Below are positions 39,343-52,104 of a DNA stretch of 64,000 nucleotides, in pieces. A model generated the notes under the pieces. It had not been told where the DNA came from and did not search any database. It saw only the letters and a list, made by a program, of their open reading frames with translations. The DNA is from Camelus dromedarius (taxonomy: Eukaryota). Location: contig NC_087437.1 of assembly GCF_036321535.1 (NCBI RefSeq), forward strand, positions 7,440,001 to 7,504,000, in the 5' to 3' direction. A program made the translations under genes and the position numbers. Every line of letters begins with the position of its first letter. Positions within the stretch are counted from its first letter, which is position 1.

Positions 39343-39524
39343 AGAGCTGCTGTGAACATTGAGGTGCATGTATCTTTTTGAATTAGAGTCTTCTCCAGTT
39401 ATATGCCCCAGAGTGAGATTGTTGGATCATAGGGTCACTCTATTTTCAATTTTTTAAAGGACTCTCCATACGGTTTTCCATAGTGGCTGCACCAAAGTAC
39501 ATCCCACCAACAGCGTAGGAGTAT
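39343..39524 (-). mobile_element. Internal L1 ORF2 C-terminal fragment, no 3' UTR or tail
   Basis: Antisense of ...gatacatgcacctcaatgttcacagcagc (MFTAAL); homologous to 29774-29950. Confidence 0.85.
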
Positions 39525-40855
39525 TCCAAAGGGCTTATTTCTAGAAAGCTAGCAGCCAAGAGACACAGCATCCATGAAGCCAAGGAGAGCCTGGATGGGG
39601 CCATGAGAAAGAAGTCATGCAGGTAACTCCTTTGCTTTCATTGCCTTTGGATATTTAAAGGGAAAAGGCATTCTCAATGATCATACTTGGTTCAGCCCAT
39701 CCTAGGAAAAAGACTTGGCATTCAGTACCAAACGCTATTATTACGTATGGGCGATGCAAGTTCTCATCCTCCGAATCTCCAAAGCTGAAAGGAAGGTGCA
39801 AAGTCAAGTACAAACCACAACTTTCCGGGGGAAGGAATTCTATTCAGCCCAGAGTCAGTTAATCTCATAATGTGTTTTCATGTGCTAAGTGGTCTGAGCG
39901 GCACACACTGCATTGCCACCAGCCTCCAGAGCTGTAGGAAAAAAAAAAAAATGATCATTTATGTATCTTGGTGGCTTATCAGGGAACACAGAAGAATTAA
40001 TGTATTTATTCTTTCTTCTGAGATTAAATGTAATTGCTTTAAAAAGATAATCATGCTATTGTTTGAACTGTATGCATTTCTTATGAAGCACTAATACATT
40101 TTCCTGTAGTCTGACAAAGTGTATGGTCTCTTATCCTCATTTCCCTGTGGATAAATACTTTGTTAATTAATAAAGTATTATATGAGCACTTAGTGTCTGC
40201 ATTTAACAGTGCAAGGATTTCATTCAGATTATGTTAATAGATTGTTCGCATTATTTCTTGCATTAATTACAACTTCTTTCTGTGGTTTCATCATAAGTGC
40301 ATTGTCTCTGTGAATACAGGGGGCTTTTTGGATTACATTCTTGTTTGACTACTGAAGGAATGCTAGGAAAATATTATTACATTGAGAACTACTCTCTAGG
40401 ACTTGGATCAAAAGACAGAAACAGAGATTCAATTATTTCCAAATCTTAGCGGCAACACAATTAGTCAAAGTCTGCCTTCGTTGAATCAAAATCAAGCAAT
40501 TTGGGACTTTCTCTGGAACCCACGATATCTTAGGAACACGTTTAGGAAATTGGTATTCCACATCATGATACCTTAGGCATGATTATGAGAAAAAAAATTA
40601 AAAGGTTTCCTTCTAGTAACTGATAAACGTGGAATTCAGATGAAGCAACTATGCAGAGTGGGTATGAATCTTGGGCCACAGGTGTGCAGGAAATTTTACT
40701 TTATTTTGCTTGAATCAACATAGTTCTGACTCCTCCTGCTGTGATGCTGGGAAATCTAATCACGGGTATTATGGGATGCATCCCCTCCCCCTCCCCCTGC
40801 TCAGTATCACACAAAGGTTCTGGGGTCTTCAGTAACTTCTAGAAATGAGGACGGC

Positions 40856-41436
40856 AGACTGAGTAATTTAAAAACTCCCTGCAAACAGAAGTCTAGGACC
40901 AGATGGCTTCACTGGGGAATTCTACCAAACATACAAAGAAGAACTTAGACCATCCTCTTCAAACTCTTCTAAAAGACTGAAGAGGAGGGAATACTCCCAA
41001 ACTTATTCTATGAAACAATCATCACCCTGATACCAAAACCAAATAAAGGTACTACCAAAAAAGACAATTACAGACCAATACCTTTGATGAATATAGATGC
41101 GAAAATTCTCAACAAAGTATTAACAAACTGAATCCTGCAACACACGTAAAAGATCATACACCATGATCAAGTTGGATTCACCTCAGGGTCACAAGGATGG
41201 TCCAACATAAGCAAACAATCAACATAATACACCACATCCACAGAAGAAAGGACAAAAATCCCATGATCACCTCAATAGATGCGGAAAAAGCATTGGATAA
41301 AATTTAGCCTCCTTTCATGATAAAAACTCTTACCAAAGTGGGTGTACAGGGAACATATTTCAACATAGTGAAAGCTATTTATGACAAACCCACAGCCAGC
41401 ATAGTACTCAACAGTGAAGGGTTGAAAGCCTTCCCA
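40856..41436 (+). mobile_element. Internal L1 ORF2 (RT-domain) fragment, no 3' UTR or tail
   Basis: Encodes [43 protein letters not shown] and [11 protein letters not shown], with stops and frameshifts. Confidence 0.92.
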
Positions 41437-42439
41437 CTAGAAATGGGAAAGGCCCTGGGCCATCCATCACTTGTCCATGACGCTTATGACTGGGGTGCTG
41501 TGGGCCTGGCTCTTGGAGTCCCTTCGGGTTTGACTTGGCCCTTTCTGTGCTCCACAATCTGCCCTGTTCTGGAAGATGGGGAATCTCCTGCGTCCACTCC
41601 GGGGATGCACTCCCCCACCAGCCCTCGGAGAACCCACTCCCTCATCTGTCTACAGCGGGAGCAGCACCACCAGGAGGTAGGCCCATCCCCACTCTCCTAG
41701 TCTCTGCCTCTGGCTTTTTTTTCTTTCCTTATCTAGGAAATATTTCCCCCTCCCACAACGCCTGTTGCTCTAATAGCCATTTACTCCCCGTCTCTCTAGT
41801 TACCCTCAGAAGTGATCTAAGCATCATCTTTTTTAGGCTTTTCCTAGTCTGGAAGACTAGTTTCAGGGAACTGAAGGTTTCTGCCAGGTCAAACCAGCTC
41901 AGGGGTCTCCTTGCAAAAGAATCAGTTCTGTGCTTAGACCACAGGCAAGAGGAACAGACCGGGCAGACGCTATTATTTTAGAACACAAGCCTGTCCTGGA
42001 ATCTCCACTCTTTTCCAAAGAAACGCAATTTTATTTTTTTAAAAAAGGAAATGTTACAAAACACGGTTCTGCTCTCATTATTTCATATAAAGAGAGAAAC
42101 AGTTTATACAAATTAACTGGTTTGAATTCAGAATTTACAAAGGCTCAAGGCTGATGTTCTAGATGGCAATGTGGGTAACACATTAACCCTTGATGTTAAT
42201 GGCATTTGTCTGTAGAAATGACAGTTATTTCCATTTTGTTTCTTAAATGGTCCCACAAAGCATAACTCCTGAAATGAGGAAGCATCATTTCTTTCCTCCC
42301 CTTTTACGCCCACACACATTGTCATCCTCGCCTCTCGCTCCCTCTGTTCCAAGGCCTTCAGGATGGGCTCAGGCCCACACGCAGCCTCTCCCACTCACGA
42401 CCACCCTTTGCCCCCTGTCTAGACTTCTCCCTCTCTAAA

Positions 42440-42620
42440 GTCTTCGATTTAGCAGATAAAAATACAGGACAGCCAGTTACCTTTGAATTTTTGATAGCAA
42501 TGCTGAACTCTTCAGTATAAGCCTGTCGCATGCAGGATTTAGGGCAGATTTAAACTAAAAATGTTGTTTATCGGAATTTCCAAGTTAACTGAGGGGTCTC
42601 CATTTTATCTGGGAACTTAA
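42440..42620. mobile_element. MER53-like hAT MITE
   Basis: gatttagcagataaaaatacaggacagccagttacctttgaattt...ccattttatctgggaac. Confidence 0.7.
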
Positions 42621-43809
42621 CTCATATCCCCAGGTCACCGTCTCCTTTCTTCCCCAACCTCTCCGAACTCCGCTCACAGGAAATTGCTCCCCCTTGAAAG
42701 AACCACTGCAGTAAATGTGGAAGAATCTTTGAGGAAAGCCACTTTGGTTGAATACCCCCAAATCTGTGATGGAGGTCACAACCTGGGAGCTGTCTGGGAA
42801 ACAGGAAAGTGACCTCCAGAGGCACAATCGAATAGCTTCCAGATTCCACATTCATAGGACGCCTGCAGAGTCCAGATAAGGAGTTAAAGTTGACGCTCAA
42901 CGACTCATGGTGTCACATAAGAAAGAAAACTTGAACAGTTTATTAGGATCAGCCATTCCAAGGCCATGAAACAAAGTGAAAACTATTTCCCAGTGTCTTT
43001 GAAAGGAAAGGAGAGTTTTGGGTTGTTGGTTGTTTTTTGTTTTTTTTTTTTTTTTTTTTTTTTCCTCTTTTTCAACTTGATAGCACTAGATAGCTTTAGG
43101 AAAGGAGGCTTACTCCTTGAACTCTTTAGAAATCATCTCTTTGGAAGATGAGGACCCTCGTTATCAAGAGAGGTGTGGCTGGGGAGGCAAAAGCCATTGA
43201 AATTGGCCATTGTACTTTGTCAAGCATTTCATGTAGTTGAAGCAAAGGTGAAATAGGAAAACAGATTTAAACTTACAAGGCGGGCTTTACATATAAGAGT
43301 GGAGGGAATAAGAAAATTTCGTAGAGGCTTTTATTTCGAGGCAAAGAAAGAACTGCACGGGATATGAGACTTCTGGCTCAATAAAGTCTCCAAGATGCTT
43401 TCCAATTGAACCTTTCTTTGAGCAAGGATATTTCACAAATGGCTTTTCTTAAGCTGGTGTTAATTAAATCAAATCTGAAGCTGGGAAAGTAACAGCACGA
43501 GTCGGGGGAGCGCCAGTAGGTGACGCATCGATGCAGCCTTGAAAATAGTTTTCAAGTCTCACTCAGCAACAAAATTTGGTTACCTCCCTCCTTCATCGGG
43601 AATGATTTCATTCCTTTGTTGTCCTAATCAGCCCACCTTCTACAGTCGCCTATTAAATCAGCATGAAGTTTATCAAAAGGCCTTCCTTGTTATAATTACT
43701 TCTAAGGGACTGCAGAATACCACCTTCTTTAGCCAACAGAGAGTGAGGAACCCTGACGTTCAACCGTATTTATACAGAGAGAAATTGTATTTATGCAGAA
43801 AAAAAGAAG

Positions 43810-44015
43810 GCTGTTGATTAAAGCAGATCCGTGTTTAAAAGCCAGCTCCATCATTTACTAGCTTTGTGATTTGGGGCGGAGCCATTAACCTCTCTGAGAC
43901 TCTTTCCTCAATGGTAATATGCAATAATAATGTCTTGCATAAATGGCAGTTGTAAAAATTAAAAATAATACGTGTAAAGAGCTTCACACATAATAATTCC
44001 TACCATTTAACGAGG
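43810..44015 (+). mobile_element. MIR SINE
   Basis: ccagctccatcatttactagctttgtgatttgggg...ttaacctctctgag...tacgtgtaaagagctt. Confidence 0.75.
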
Positions 44016-44066
44016 TCTATTAAGAGATCCCGAGGCTCATAAAGAATGGCTAAGATTTCTTAGGTA

Positions 44067-44810
44067 ACATTTCCCAAAACGTGTTGGGAAAACATGACTC
44101 CTTACAGACGGGTCTTATAAAGGGATTTCTATTATCAAGTAAGTTTGGGGAATGCACTCTGTAGGCACCTACTAGAAACTGGTAAAACATTCATTTTTTT
44201 TCAAAAGACTCTGAGAATTTCTGCAACTAAGAAATCTGTTTAAATGGAATATTACTCAGCCATAAGAAAGAATGAAATAATGCCATTTGCAGCAACATGG
44301 ATGGACCTGGAGATTATCATATTGAGTGAGGAAGTCAGACAGAGAAAGACAAATATCATATGATATCACTTATATGTGGAATCTAAAAAAAGGACACAAA
44401 TGAACTTATTTACAAAACAGAAACAGACTCACAGACATAGAAAACAAACTTACAGTTATCAGCAGGGGAAGGGGATGGGGAGGGATAAATTGGGAGTTTA
44501 AGATTTGCAGATACTAACTACTATATATAAAACAGATAAACAACAGGTCCTACTGTATAGCACAGGGAACTATATTCAATGTCTTGCAATAGCTTATAAT
44601 GAAAAAGAATATTGAAAGGAATATATGCATATATAACTGAATCACTATGCTGTACACCAGAAATTAGCACAACATTGTAAACTGACTACACTTCAATAAA
44701 AATAAATAGATAAATCTATTTAGGTTTGTTGAACACTGAGTTTTCCAGTCTTAAGGCTCTGGTGACCATTTATTTGTCATCAGTAGGAATTCCAGCCTTT
44801 GCCAAATCTT
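44067..44810. mobile_element. MER103-like hAT-Charlie relic split by an L1
   Basis: catttcccaaa...aagtaagtttggggaatgc...gactctgagaatttctgcaactaagaaatctgttta, resuming after 44722. Confidence 0.6.
44243..44711 (+). mobile_element. 5'-truncated L1 (ORF2 C-terminus plus 3' UTR)
   Basis: MEYYSAIRKNEIMPFAATWMDLEIIILSE; aataaa tail; TSD aaatctgttta (44232-44242) / aaatctattta (44712-44722). Confidence 0.93.
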
Positions 44811-45516
44811 GCTTCTTGCATCAAAAAAGAAAAGCAAATTTATTGATATGTGTTCAGTGGAGGAACGTATTTCCCACTTATGTAGAATTCAACATTGTTC
44901 TCTTACTTTCTCGCTGATTTCTTCTTAACCTCCAGTTCTCATTCATGAAAAGAAATTGGGAGGAAATGTCATTTATTAAAAATGTGCCTGAGCACTTTCT
45001 GCCTGAGTGGCGCTTTTCTTGTGCAACCTTGACATGTAAAAGTTTGTTGTCTGCCCTGATGCATTTCTTTAAGGAACTATTATATCTACAGCCAAGAAAA
45101 TGCACTGATCCTTTCTTTGCCTTATGGAAAAAAAACATGCTACTCTCCTAGCTTCCGTGACCCTGGAGCACCTCTCACCTCAGCACATCCTCTCAAACCC
45201 CATCAGCTTCTGCCCCACCATCCCCTCCACCTAGGCCACCAACATGACCATCGCAGCATAAATATAACAGTCTTTCATTTATTTTGGCCTCAGAATTTTT
45301 CTCTTCCTGGGCTACGTTCTCCATTCCCAGAGCAACTGTCTATACACGGCATTTCTACAAGCAGCTGAGCAGAACGTGGGTGAACCGGGCTCTTTCCCCT
45401 TCTGGTTGGACATTTCATGGCCCATCGAGCACCTGCTTGACTCCCCTGCTTCCTAGGGTCCTGACAGAAAGATCCACGCCTGGATCTACCCCAACTTCAA
45501 AAGTTAGACCCAGACA

Positions 45517-45712
45517 TTTTTTTCTTTTTTTAACTGAAGTATAGTCAGTTTACAATGTTGTGTCAATTTCTGGTGCACAGCATCATGTTTCAGTCATACA
45601 TATACACACATATATTCGTTTTCATATTCTTTTTCATTATAGGTTACTACAAGATATTGAATATAGTTCCCATGCTGTACAGTAGGATCTTGTCGTTTAT
45701 CTATTTTATATT
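45517..45712 (-). mobile_element. L1 3' UTR fragment
   Basis: T-run followed by the antisense of the L1 3' end seen at 21740-21920. Confidence 0.9.
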
Positions 45713-46489
45713 TGAGAAACCCAAAAGCAAATGGTTGGAAACCAAAGAATCCAGCGTTGTTGGTAATACACATACAGAGCAGCAGTGCCAACAGTCACAT
45801 GGATGGTAAAATTCAGATGACGTTATCCATGGTGATGACTTATCTGTTAGCAGACTGATAATAGTCTCATGTACTGTTTTCGATCTTTGGAAGAAGGACC
45901 CTATTGGTAATGACCCAGAAGCTCCCCGTTGGCCTCCAAACAGTCTCTTTGAGCATTTCCTCCCTGGCCATCATGCAACGAGCCCAGAGATTAACAGCTC
46001 TGATCTCACAGGTCTTGGATGCAGCCAGAGCATTCATCTCATAATCTCGGTTCCTAGGACACCGAGCCATCAAACAGCCTGCTGGGTTGGCAGGGGCTGC
46101 CTCCATGTGTCCAAGCCCAGGGCTGTGTGGCAGGGAAAGGGCTGAGGTGTTCTGGCACGAGGGATGGAGAATGGTTCCTCGACACCTGCCCACAGTAGGC
46201 TTGCTTCCAGGTGCTCTGACAAACACCTTGGCTTTTTTATGACTCCCTAAAATCATCCCGCAGCCCAACATAAGACTATAAACAAAGGGGAATATGGATG
46301 AATTCCCTGAATGGAGACACATAAGACCCCTCTTAGAGCGGAATGCTATATCCCCTCTCATAATCAATCTTTGGTTGTGTTTTTCATGGTGTTCACTTCA
46401 TGAACATTAAAGTTCGCTCCTGTAAAATTTAAGTGCAGGATTTCCATCCGGTTTCAGCTTCCCAGAGCAGAAAGCTTTGGATAAAAAGT

Positions 46490-46660
46490 CTAATGATAAG
46501 AATTGACTCTCATAGCACGTTCCCCATACGGGCACTATTCTGAACAGTTCACGTGCACTGACCATCTTAATCCTCACGACAGTCCTGGGAAGTAGACATT
46601 GTTGCTATTCCCATGTTAGAGGTGAGACGTGAAGTTCAGTAACTCTGACTGTGGGGACTG
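46490..46660 (-). mobile_element. MIR SINE
   Basis: ttaatcctcacgacagtcctgggaagtag...attcccatgttagaggtgag. Confidence 0.65.
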
Positions 46661-46894
46661 GAGCGTCGTGGTTGTTGGTGGGCAGTTACAGAATTGGTTT
46701 TCCTCCCAGAGTGAGGAGGCACAGGTGAGCACAAAAAAAGGACTCGAGGTTGAATGAAAGGGACTCTGACATTGTCACTGCTTAAATTATGGGAAAGGCA
46801 TTCTACTCACATTTGGCCTCAGTTTCCCTGCCTGTAAGATGAACATATGCCCATCTTGCCCCTGACTATTTGAAAGCATGTTTTAAAACATCAT

Positions 46895-47003
46895 GGGGGC
46901 AGCGGATATAGCTCAGTGGTAGAGTGCATGCCTAGCATGCATGAGGTCCTGGGGTCAATCCCCAGCACCTCCATTAAAAATAAGTTAATAAATTAATAAA
47001 TAT
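46895..47003 (+). mobile_element. tRNA-Ala-derived SINE (vic-1 type, short form)
   Basis: tatagctcagtggtagagtgcatgcctagcatgcatgaggtcctggggtcaatccccagcacctcca plus A-rich tail. Confidence 0.9.
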
Positions 47004-47270
47004 ATCATAGAAATCCATGACAATCACTAGGAGTAATGCGGTGGCCACTATTAATAAGTCACTTAAAGCTACAAAAATAGAAAACTATTTTGAGCCATAA
47101 CTGCCCAACCTCCTATGCAGCACTGGGTCTCTTGCATCCAGAATTAGGACACGACTTAGAGTGCTCTCTCTGGGACCACTCAGAGGACAGGACTCTGGAG
47201 TAAATTCTTAAGGAAGAGAGGCAGTCATATTTCATTCAGGGGTATTTTTCTAGTTAGGGAAAAATATTCG

Positions 47271-47345
47271 TAGGTTGAATCAAATGGAATTGTCTACGTT
47301 TAACCATTTTTAGAAAAATGACACCTTCATATGATCAGTCCACTA
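47271..47345. mobile_element. MADE2-like mariner MITE
   Basis: taggttgaatcaaatggaattg...accattttt...ttcatatgatc; degenerate terminal inverted repeats, about 75 bp. Confidence 0.6.
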
Positions 47346-49107
47346 TAAAGCCCTACATTTGGGGATTCCTAGGGGGAAGCATGTTTGATTAGAGGGCAAC
47401 TTTGTAAAAAGTCTAGGCTGAAATAAAGAACCCAAACCCACTGACCCACCTCAAACCTACAGCAACCTGGAAGACATGATGGACAGGTAGGTTTGCAAAC
47501 TGTACTCATTCCTGTGGAAATCTGAATCAGTCTTGAGACCAGAACACAGGTGATACACCTGGAAACCTAGAATTTTTGTCCCCATGCCCAGATCTCCAAA
47601 AAACATGGTGCAATGATGCTCATCTGTTTCAGCAGGAAAATTTAAAAACGAATCTGCCAGATCTCTTGAAAAACAAACAAAAGGAAACAACAGTCACAAA
47701 TCTTCTTCCTAGAATTTTTTTTGTTGTTGGAAACAGTGAGATAATGTAATGGAACTCAGTAATACACTTCTATGGCTCCCACTGTAATCTGTGAGCTATC
47801 CCAACAAAAACAGGTTTGGAGTCACTCCAGATCATGCTGCTGGTTTGGACAAAGACAGGCAGTACAAATGGGCAGGCCATTTTTTTGGATAATGAAATCT
47901 AGAAATTCATTTGGAAGACCCTGAGTCGTGTCACCGGTGCTCGTCTGATGCCGCAGTGCCGTCAGCAGGGAGTGAGAACAGCTCTACTTTAAAGCGCCTG
48001 GCAAAAAAGGGGCTTGTCTCTGCATCTCAGGAATATAAGCAATAAACATCGTGTTACTGTAAATTCCATTTTTTATAGCTGAGATTAATAATGCATGAGT
48101 ATGCATTTCTTATTGCCATTCCGATGACTTTCCAGAAGACCTTTAATTCTACATGAAAAAAAAAAGTTGTGTTTATACCTTTCCACATTGTCATGTGTGT
48201 GCTGTACCTGTAGGAATAGATACAGCTACATAAAGGGAAAATACAAATTATGACACGTAGAAGAATCACCTTTCCAGCCACAGACACTTTTTGGTGTCTC
48301 TAGAGAGATCAAAAGTGTCTCTGCGCATATTTCAGAAAATAAGAAAAGAACAGAAACATCATGATGGTCTGTCTCCCTGGGGATTTCATTACTTAAAACG
48401 AGTGAATGGTGCAGGTGAGCACAAGGGAAAGTATGTCTCAGCCCTGCTCCAAGACATCCCTTAGAAATCGAGAATTGGTGTGAAGGTTGACTCTGGAGGG
48501 ACTGGCCTGGAAGATGTCATTTATGTTAGGATGGACGGTCACCCTGACATGCCCACGTGCACACACAAACACACACACACACACACAGAATATAGTAACA
48601 AATAGGATGCTCCAGCTAAGACAATCTTCCTGCAGTCCAGTTGCTCAACTGGGAAATTCATTTTTCAGTGTATGAAGTCATGCAGCCTTATATTTAGACC
48701 CCAGATAGAAAATCATGTTGGAGAGGCCCACCTGAAAGCTTTTCTGTTTGCTGTGATTAAGTCTGGCCAGCTATGCAGTTGGGTGAAAAGTCCTTCCTGT
48801 TCCATTGCTTGGATTGTTAAGTAGGCCCTACAGCTTCTTCTGGCTCTGCTTCCGGCCCTTTCTCTTCTTTACAATGCTACCCTTAATAAGATTTTTAGTC
48901 CATCTTAGTTATAGGTGTTGGAGAGTCTCTTCCCCAAACCCCCATCCCACACCACAGCAGAGGTGGGTTTCTAACTGCATGAGACCCCTGGAACTGTACT
49001 GACCTATCTCAGGATCCATTCGTCAGAAACTGATTTTATAAAATGACCTCCAAGGGGCACACCAACCCTTCTGTGAAATAATTTGAGTTGTCCTTGTGCT
49101 CACCTTA

Positions 49108-49705
49108 TGTAGAAGATGGTGATAATTGTCTACTGAATATTGATTCCTCCATCCCTTCTTCTTTGTTCAAAGTGGCAACATACTCAGCTAAAAAAAGTCT
49201 ATTGCAGGTAGAGCTGGCCATGGGACACAAGCCTAGCCAATAAAAAGTGGCTGAGACTCAGGGGGGAGGGTATAGCTCGGTGGTAGGGTGCATGCCTAGC
49301 ATGCACAAGGTCCTGGGTTCAACCCCCAGTACCTCCATTAAAGACAAATAAATAAAAACCTAATTACCTCTCCATCAATCCAAAAAAAAAAAAAAAAGGC
49401 TGAGAATTACTGGGAAAGTTAAGATTTCCTAGTATAGGTACCATTCCTTCCTGTTTGACCATCTTTCTTCCTGGATGTGAGATGAAGGTGTGGCAGCTAT
49501 ATTGCAGCCAGGAGGTAGCAAGCATGAATACAGAAGGATGTTGAAGCACAAGAAAAGAAAACGTCTGAGTTCTTGCACTGTTGTTAAGCAGTTGTCACTC
49601 CCTCTGTACTTTTTGATCCTTTGGTCAAATTGACCTTATGTGCTTCAGTGACTATAGTCATATTTTCTATTATTTGTAGCTGACCCTTTCCTTAATTAAC
49701 ATACA
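49108..49705 (+). mobile_element. Old MaLR LTR (MLT1J-like) carrying a SINE
   Basis: gctggccatgggacacaagcctagccaat...gcagctatattgcagcc...ttttctattatttgtagctga...aacataca. Confidence 0.6.
49261..49397 (+). mobile_element. tRNA-Ala-derived SINE (vic-1 type, long form)
   Basis: ggggggagggtatagctcggtgg...ggttcaacccccagtacctcca, cctaattacctc motif, poly(A); TSD ggctgagactca/ggctgagaatta. Confidence 0.92.
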
Positions 49706-49707
49706 AT

Positions 49708-50108
49708 GCTAGTCAGGGTTCCCCAGAGAAACAGAACCAACAGAGATGTATTATCAGGAAATGATCATGGAGGCTGAGAAGTCCCACAACCTGCTGTCTG
49801 AGGCATGGAGACCCAGAGGAGCTGATGGTGCAGGTCCTCGTCCAAGGGCAGGAGAAGACAGTGTTCCAAGTCAAGTAGTCAGGCACAGGGTAAATTCTCT
49901 CTTCCTCTAGTTTTTTTGTTGTTATTGTTCTAATCAATCCCTCGATGGATTAAATGATGCCCACCTACCTTTGGGAGGGCAATCTGCTTTTCTCAGTCTA
50001 CTGATGCAAATACTAATCTCATCCAGAAGAGACATACCAGGAAACAATGTTTAACCAAATGTCTGTGTACCCTGTGATGCAGTCAAGTTAACACATAATT
50101 AACCATCA
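49708..50108 (-). mobile_element. MLT2 (B/C-like) ERVL solo LTR
   Basis: tagtcagggttccccagagaaacagaaccaa...ggaggctgagaagtccca...agtcaagttaacacataattaaccatca. Confidence 0.85.
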
Positions 50109-50404
50109 TGCATACGTTACATTGCAGGAACAGTTTCAGGCAACCATATGTGTTCTTTGTGGGTTGCTTTGGAGGTAGGGTAAGTGGTCGATGGAGCAAA
50201 ATGGTCAGGGGCCAGTTCTTTCCAATTCCTCCCTTCTGAGCAGGTGGTACCACTGGAGAACACTCCTTGTCTTCCCTGCTGACTCTTTCGTTCTTTCAGT
50301 TGTACTTTCTTGTTTGTTTTTCCCAGCCCTCTTTCCCTTAATGTTTCTATTTTGCTTCAAAAAGGGTAAATGGAAAAATCAGAGACATTGAATTGGGAGT
50401 AGAT

Positions 50405-50685
50405 GTATCTTAGCTTGGGTGTCTCCAAAGCAGACCGGACCTTGGGAGAAGGATGTGGTACAAGTAGTTTATTTGGGAAGTGAATCTAGAAAGTACCTGT
50501 AGAGAATTGAGGAGGTGAGACAGGAAAGGGAAGAAAGCAAAGGAAGGGGGTGGTGTACAGGTAACCAACAGTGGGCAGCTAAGGCTCAGAGAATTGGTGT
50601 AACTTGCCTCGGAGCTATCCCAGCGTGTCCAGGTACAAATCCCAGTGGGGCTGCAGCTGGGTTATTGGGCTGCACTGCCCAGGTG
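50405..50685 (-). mobile_element. LTR16-like fragment
   Basis: caagtagtttatttgggaagtga...gaggtgagacaggaaaggg. Confidence 0.65.
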
Positions 50686-50715
50686 AGTAACTACTAGCCT
50701 TATGTGACTATTTCT

Positions 50716-51010
50716 CAAATATTATATGATATCATTTATATGTGGAATCTAAAAAATAATACAAATGAATGTATATACAAAACAGAAACAGACTCACAGA
50801 CACAGAAAACAAACTTGTGGTAACCAAAGGGGAAAGGGAGCCAGGGGAGGGATAAATTAGGGGTTTGGGATTAACAGATACAAACTACTATACATAAAAT
50901 AGATCAGCAACAAGGATGTACTGTACAACACAAGGAACAATGCTCAATATCTTGCCTACAATGGAAAATAATCTGTATGTAAATACATATTTATTTACAC
51001 ATACAACTGA
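50716..51010 (+). mobile_element. L1 ORF2 end / 3' UTR fragment lacking the extreme 3' end
   Basis: atatgtggaatctaaaaaa...aaacagactcacagac...gggataaattaggggtttgggattaacag; stops at caactga. Confidence 0.85.
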
Positions 51011-51018
51011 AAAAAAAT

Positions 51019-52030
51019 AATGCTGGGACAACTGGATATCCATATGCAAAAGCTGAAGTTGGACCCTACTTTACATCACACACACATCAACTCAAAATGG
51101 ATCAAAGATCTGAATGTTAGAGCTAAAACTATAGAACTTTTAGAAAAAAATACAGCGCTAAATTCATGACCTTGAATTAGGCAGTGGCTTCTTAGATATA
51201 ATACAAAACCCACAAGCATAAAAGGAAAAACTGATAAAATGGACATCATCAAAATGAAAAACTTCTGTGATTCAAAACACACCATCAAGAAAGTAAAAAA
51301 AAAGAAAGTTAAAAAAGAACCTACAAAATGAGAGGAAATTTTGTCTGGTGTAAACAAGATGAAGCTTCATACCCACTACAATGGCTATAATTAAAAAGAC
51401 AGATAACAAGTGCTGATAGGATGTGGAGAAGCAAGAACCCTCACACACTGGAATACGATGAATGTGAAACAGCGCAGCCACTTTGGAAAGCAGTCTGATC
51501 CAGCAATCCCACGTCTAGGTATACACCAACGGTATGTAGGTTCACGCAAAAACTTGTACCTGCACGTTTACAGCAGCATCATTCGCAATTGGCAAAATGT
51601 GGAAAGAACCCAAAGTCCATCAGATGTGGATGGATCAACAAAATGTGGTCTGTCCATTCCATTTATCTGGGTTAAAAAGAAGTGGAATACTGATACATAG
51701 ATGAATCTCAGAAACATTGTGCCAAGTAAAAGACGCTGGTCACAAAGGACCACATGTTGTGACTCCGTTTATACAAAGTGTCCAGAATAGGCAAAGCTAT
51801 AGTGATAAAAAGTAGATTCGTGGTTACCTGTGGCTGGAAGGATGAGGCGTGGGGAGGACTGGGGATGGGGGCTGGCGTCTAGCAGGCGTCGGCGGTTTCT
51901 TCTAGGGTGATGAAAACATTTGACTGTGGTGGTGAATGCACAACTGTCAGTATTCTAAAAGCCATTGAATTCTATGCTTTAAATGAGTGGATTTGATGGT
52001 ATGAAACCCATAAAGCAGTTTAAAATAGAG
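51019..52030 (+). mobile_element. Older L1 (L1MB/MC-like) ORF2 3' part and 3' UTR with internal deletions
   Basis: tgctgggacaactggatatccatatgc, tgaatctcagaaacattgtgccaagt, gactgtggtggtgaatgcacaactg. Confidence 0.85.
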
Positions 52031-52104
52031 TCATAGCTAAACACCAGGTTCTCTGTAAACTGAGAAAAGCAGGAATACATGCAATTACAGAAATCACTTC
52101 CATT

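Noticed and set aside
41317..41981. 127-aa and 148-aa ORFs
   Set aside because: The first begins in a disabled L1 ORF2 fragment and reads into flanking DNA; the second has no recognisable domain.
45867..46367. Longest ORF (166 aa, minus strand)
   Set aside because: No recognisable domain or exon structure; length is compatible with chance in a GC-richer patch. PhyloCSF or tBLASTn would settle it.
47950..47975. CTCF-like site (tcagcagggagtg)
   Set aside because: Several core mismatches and wrong spacing to the upstream motif.
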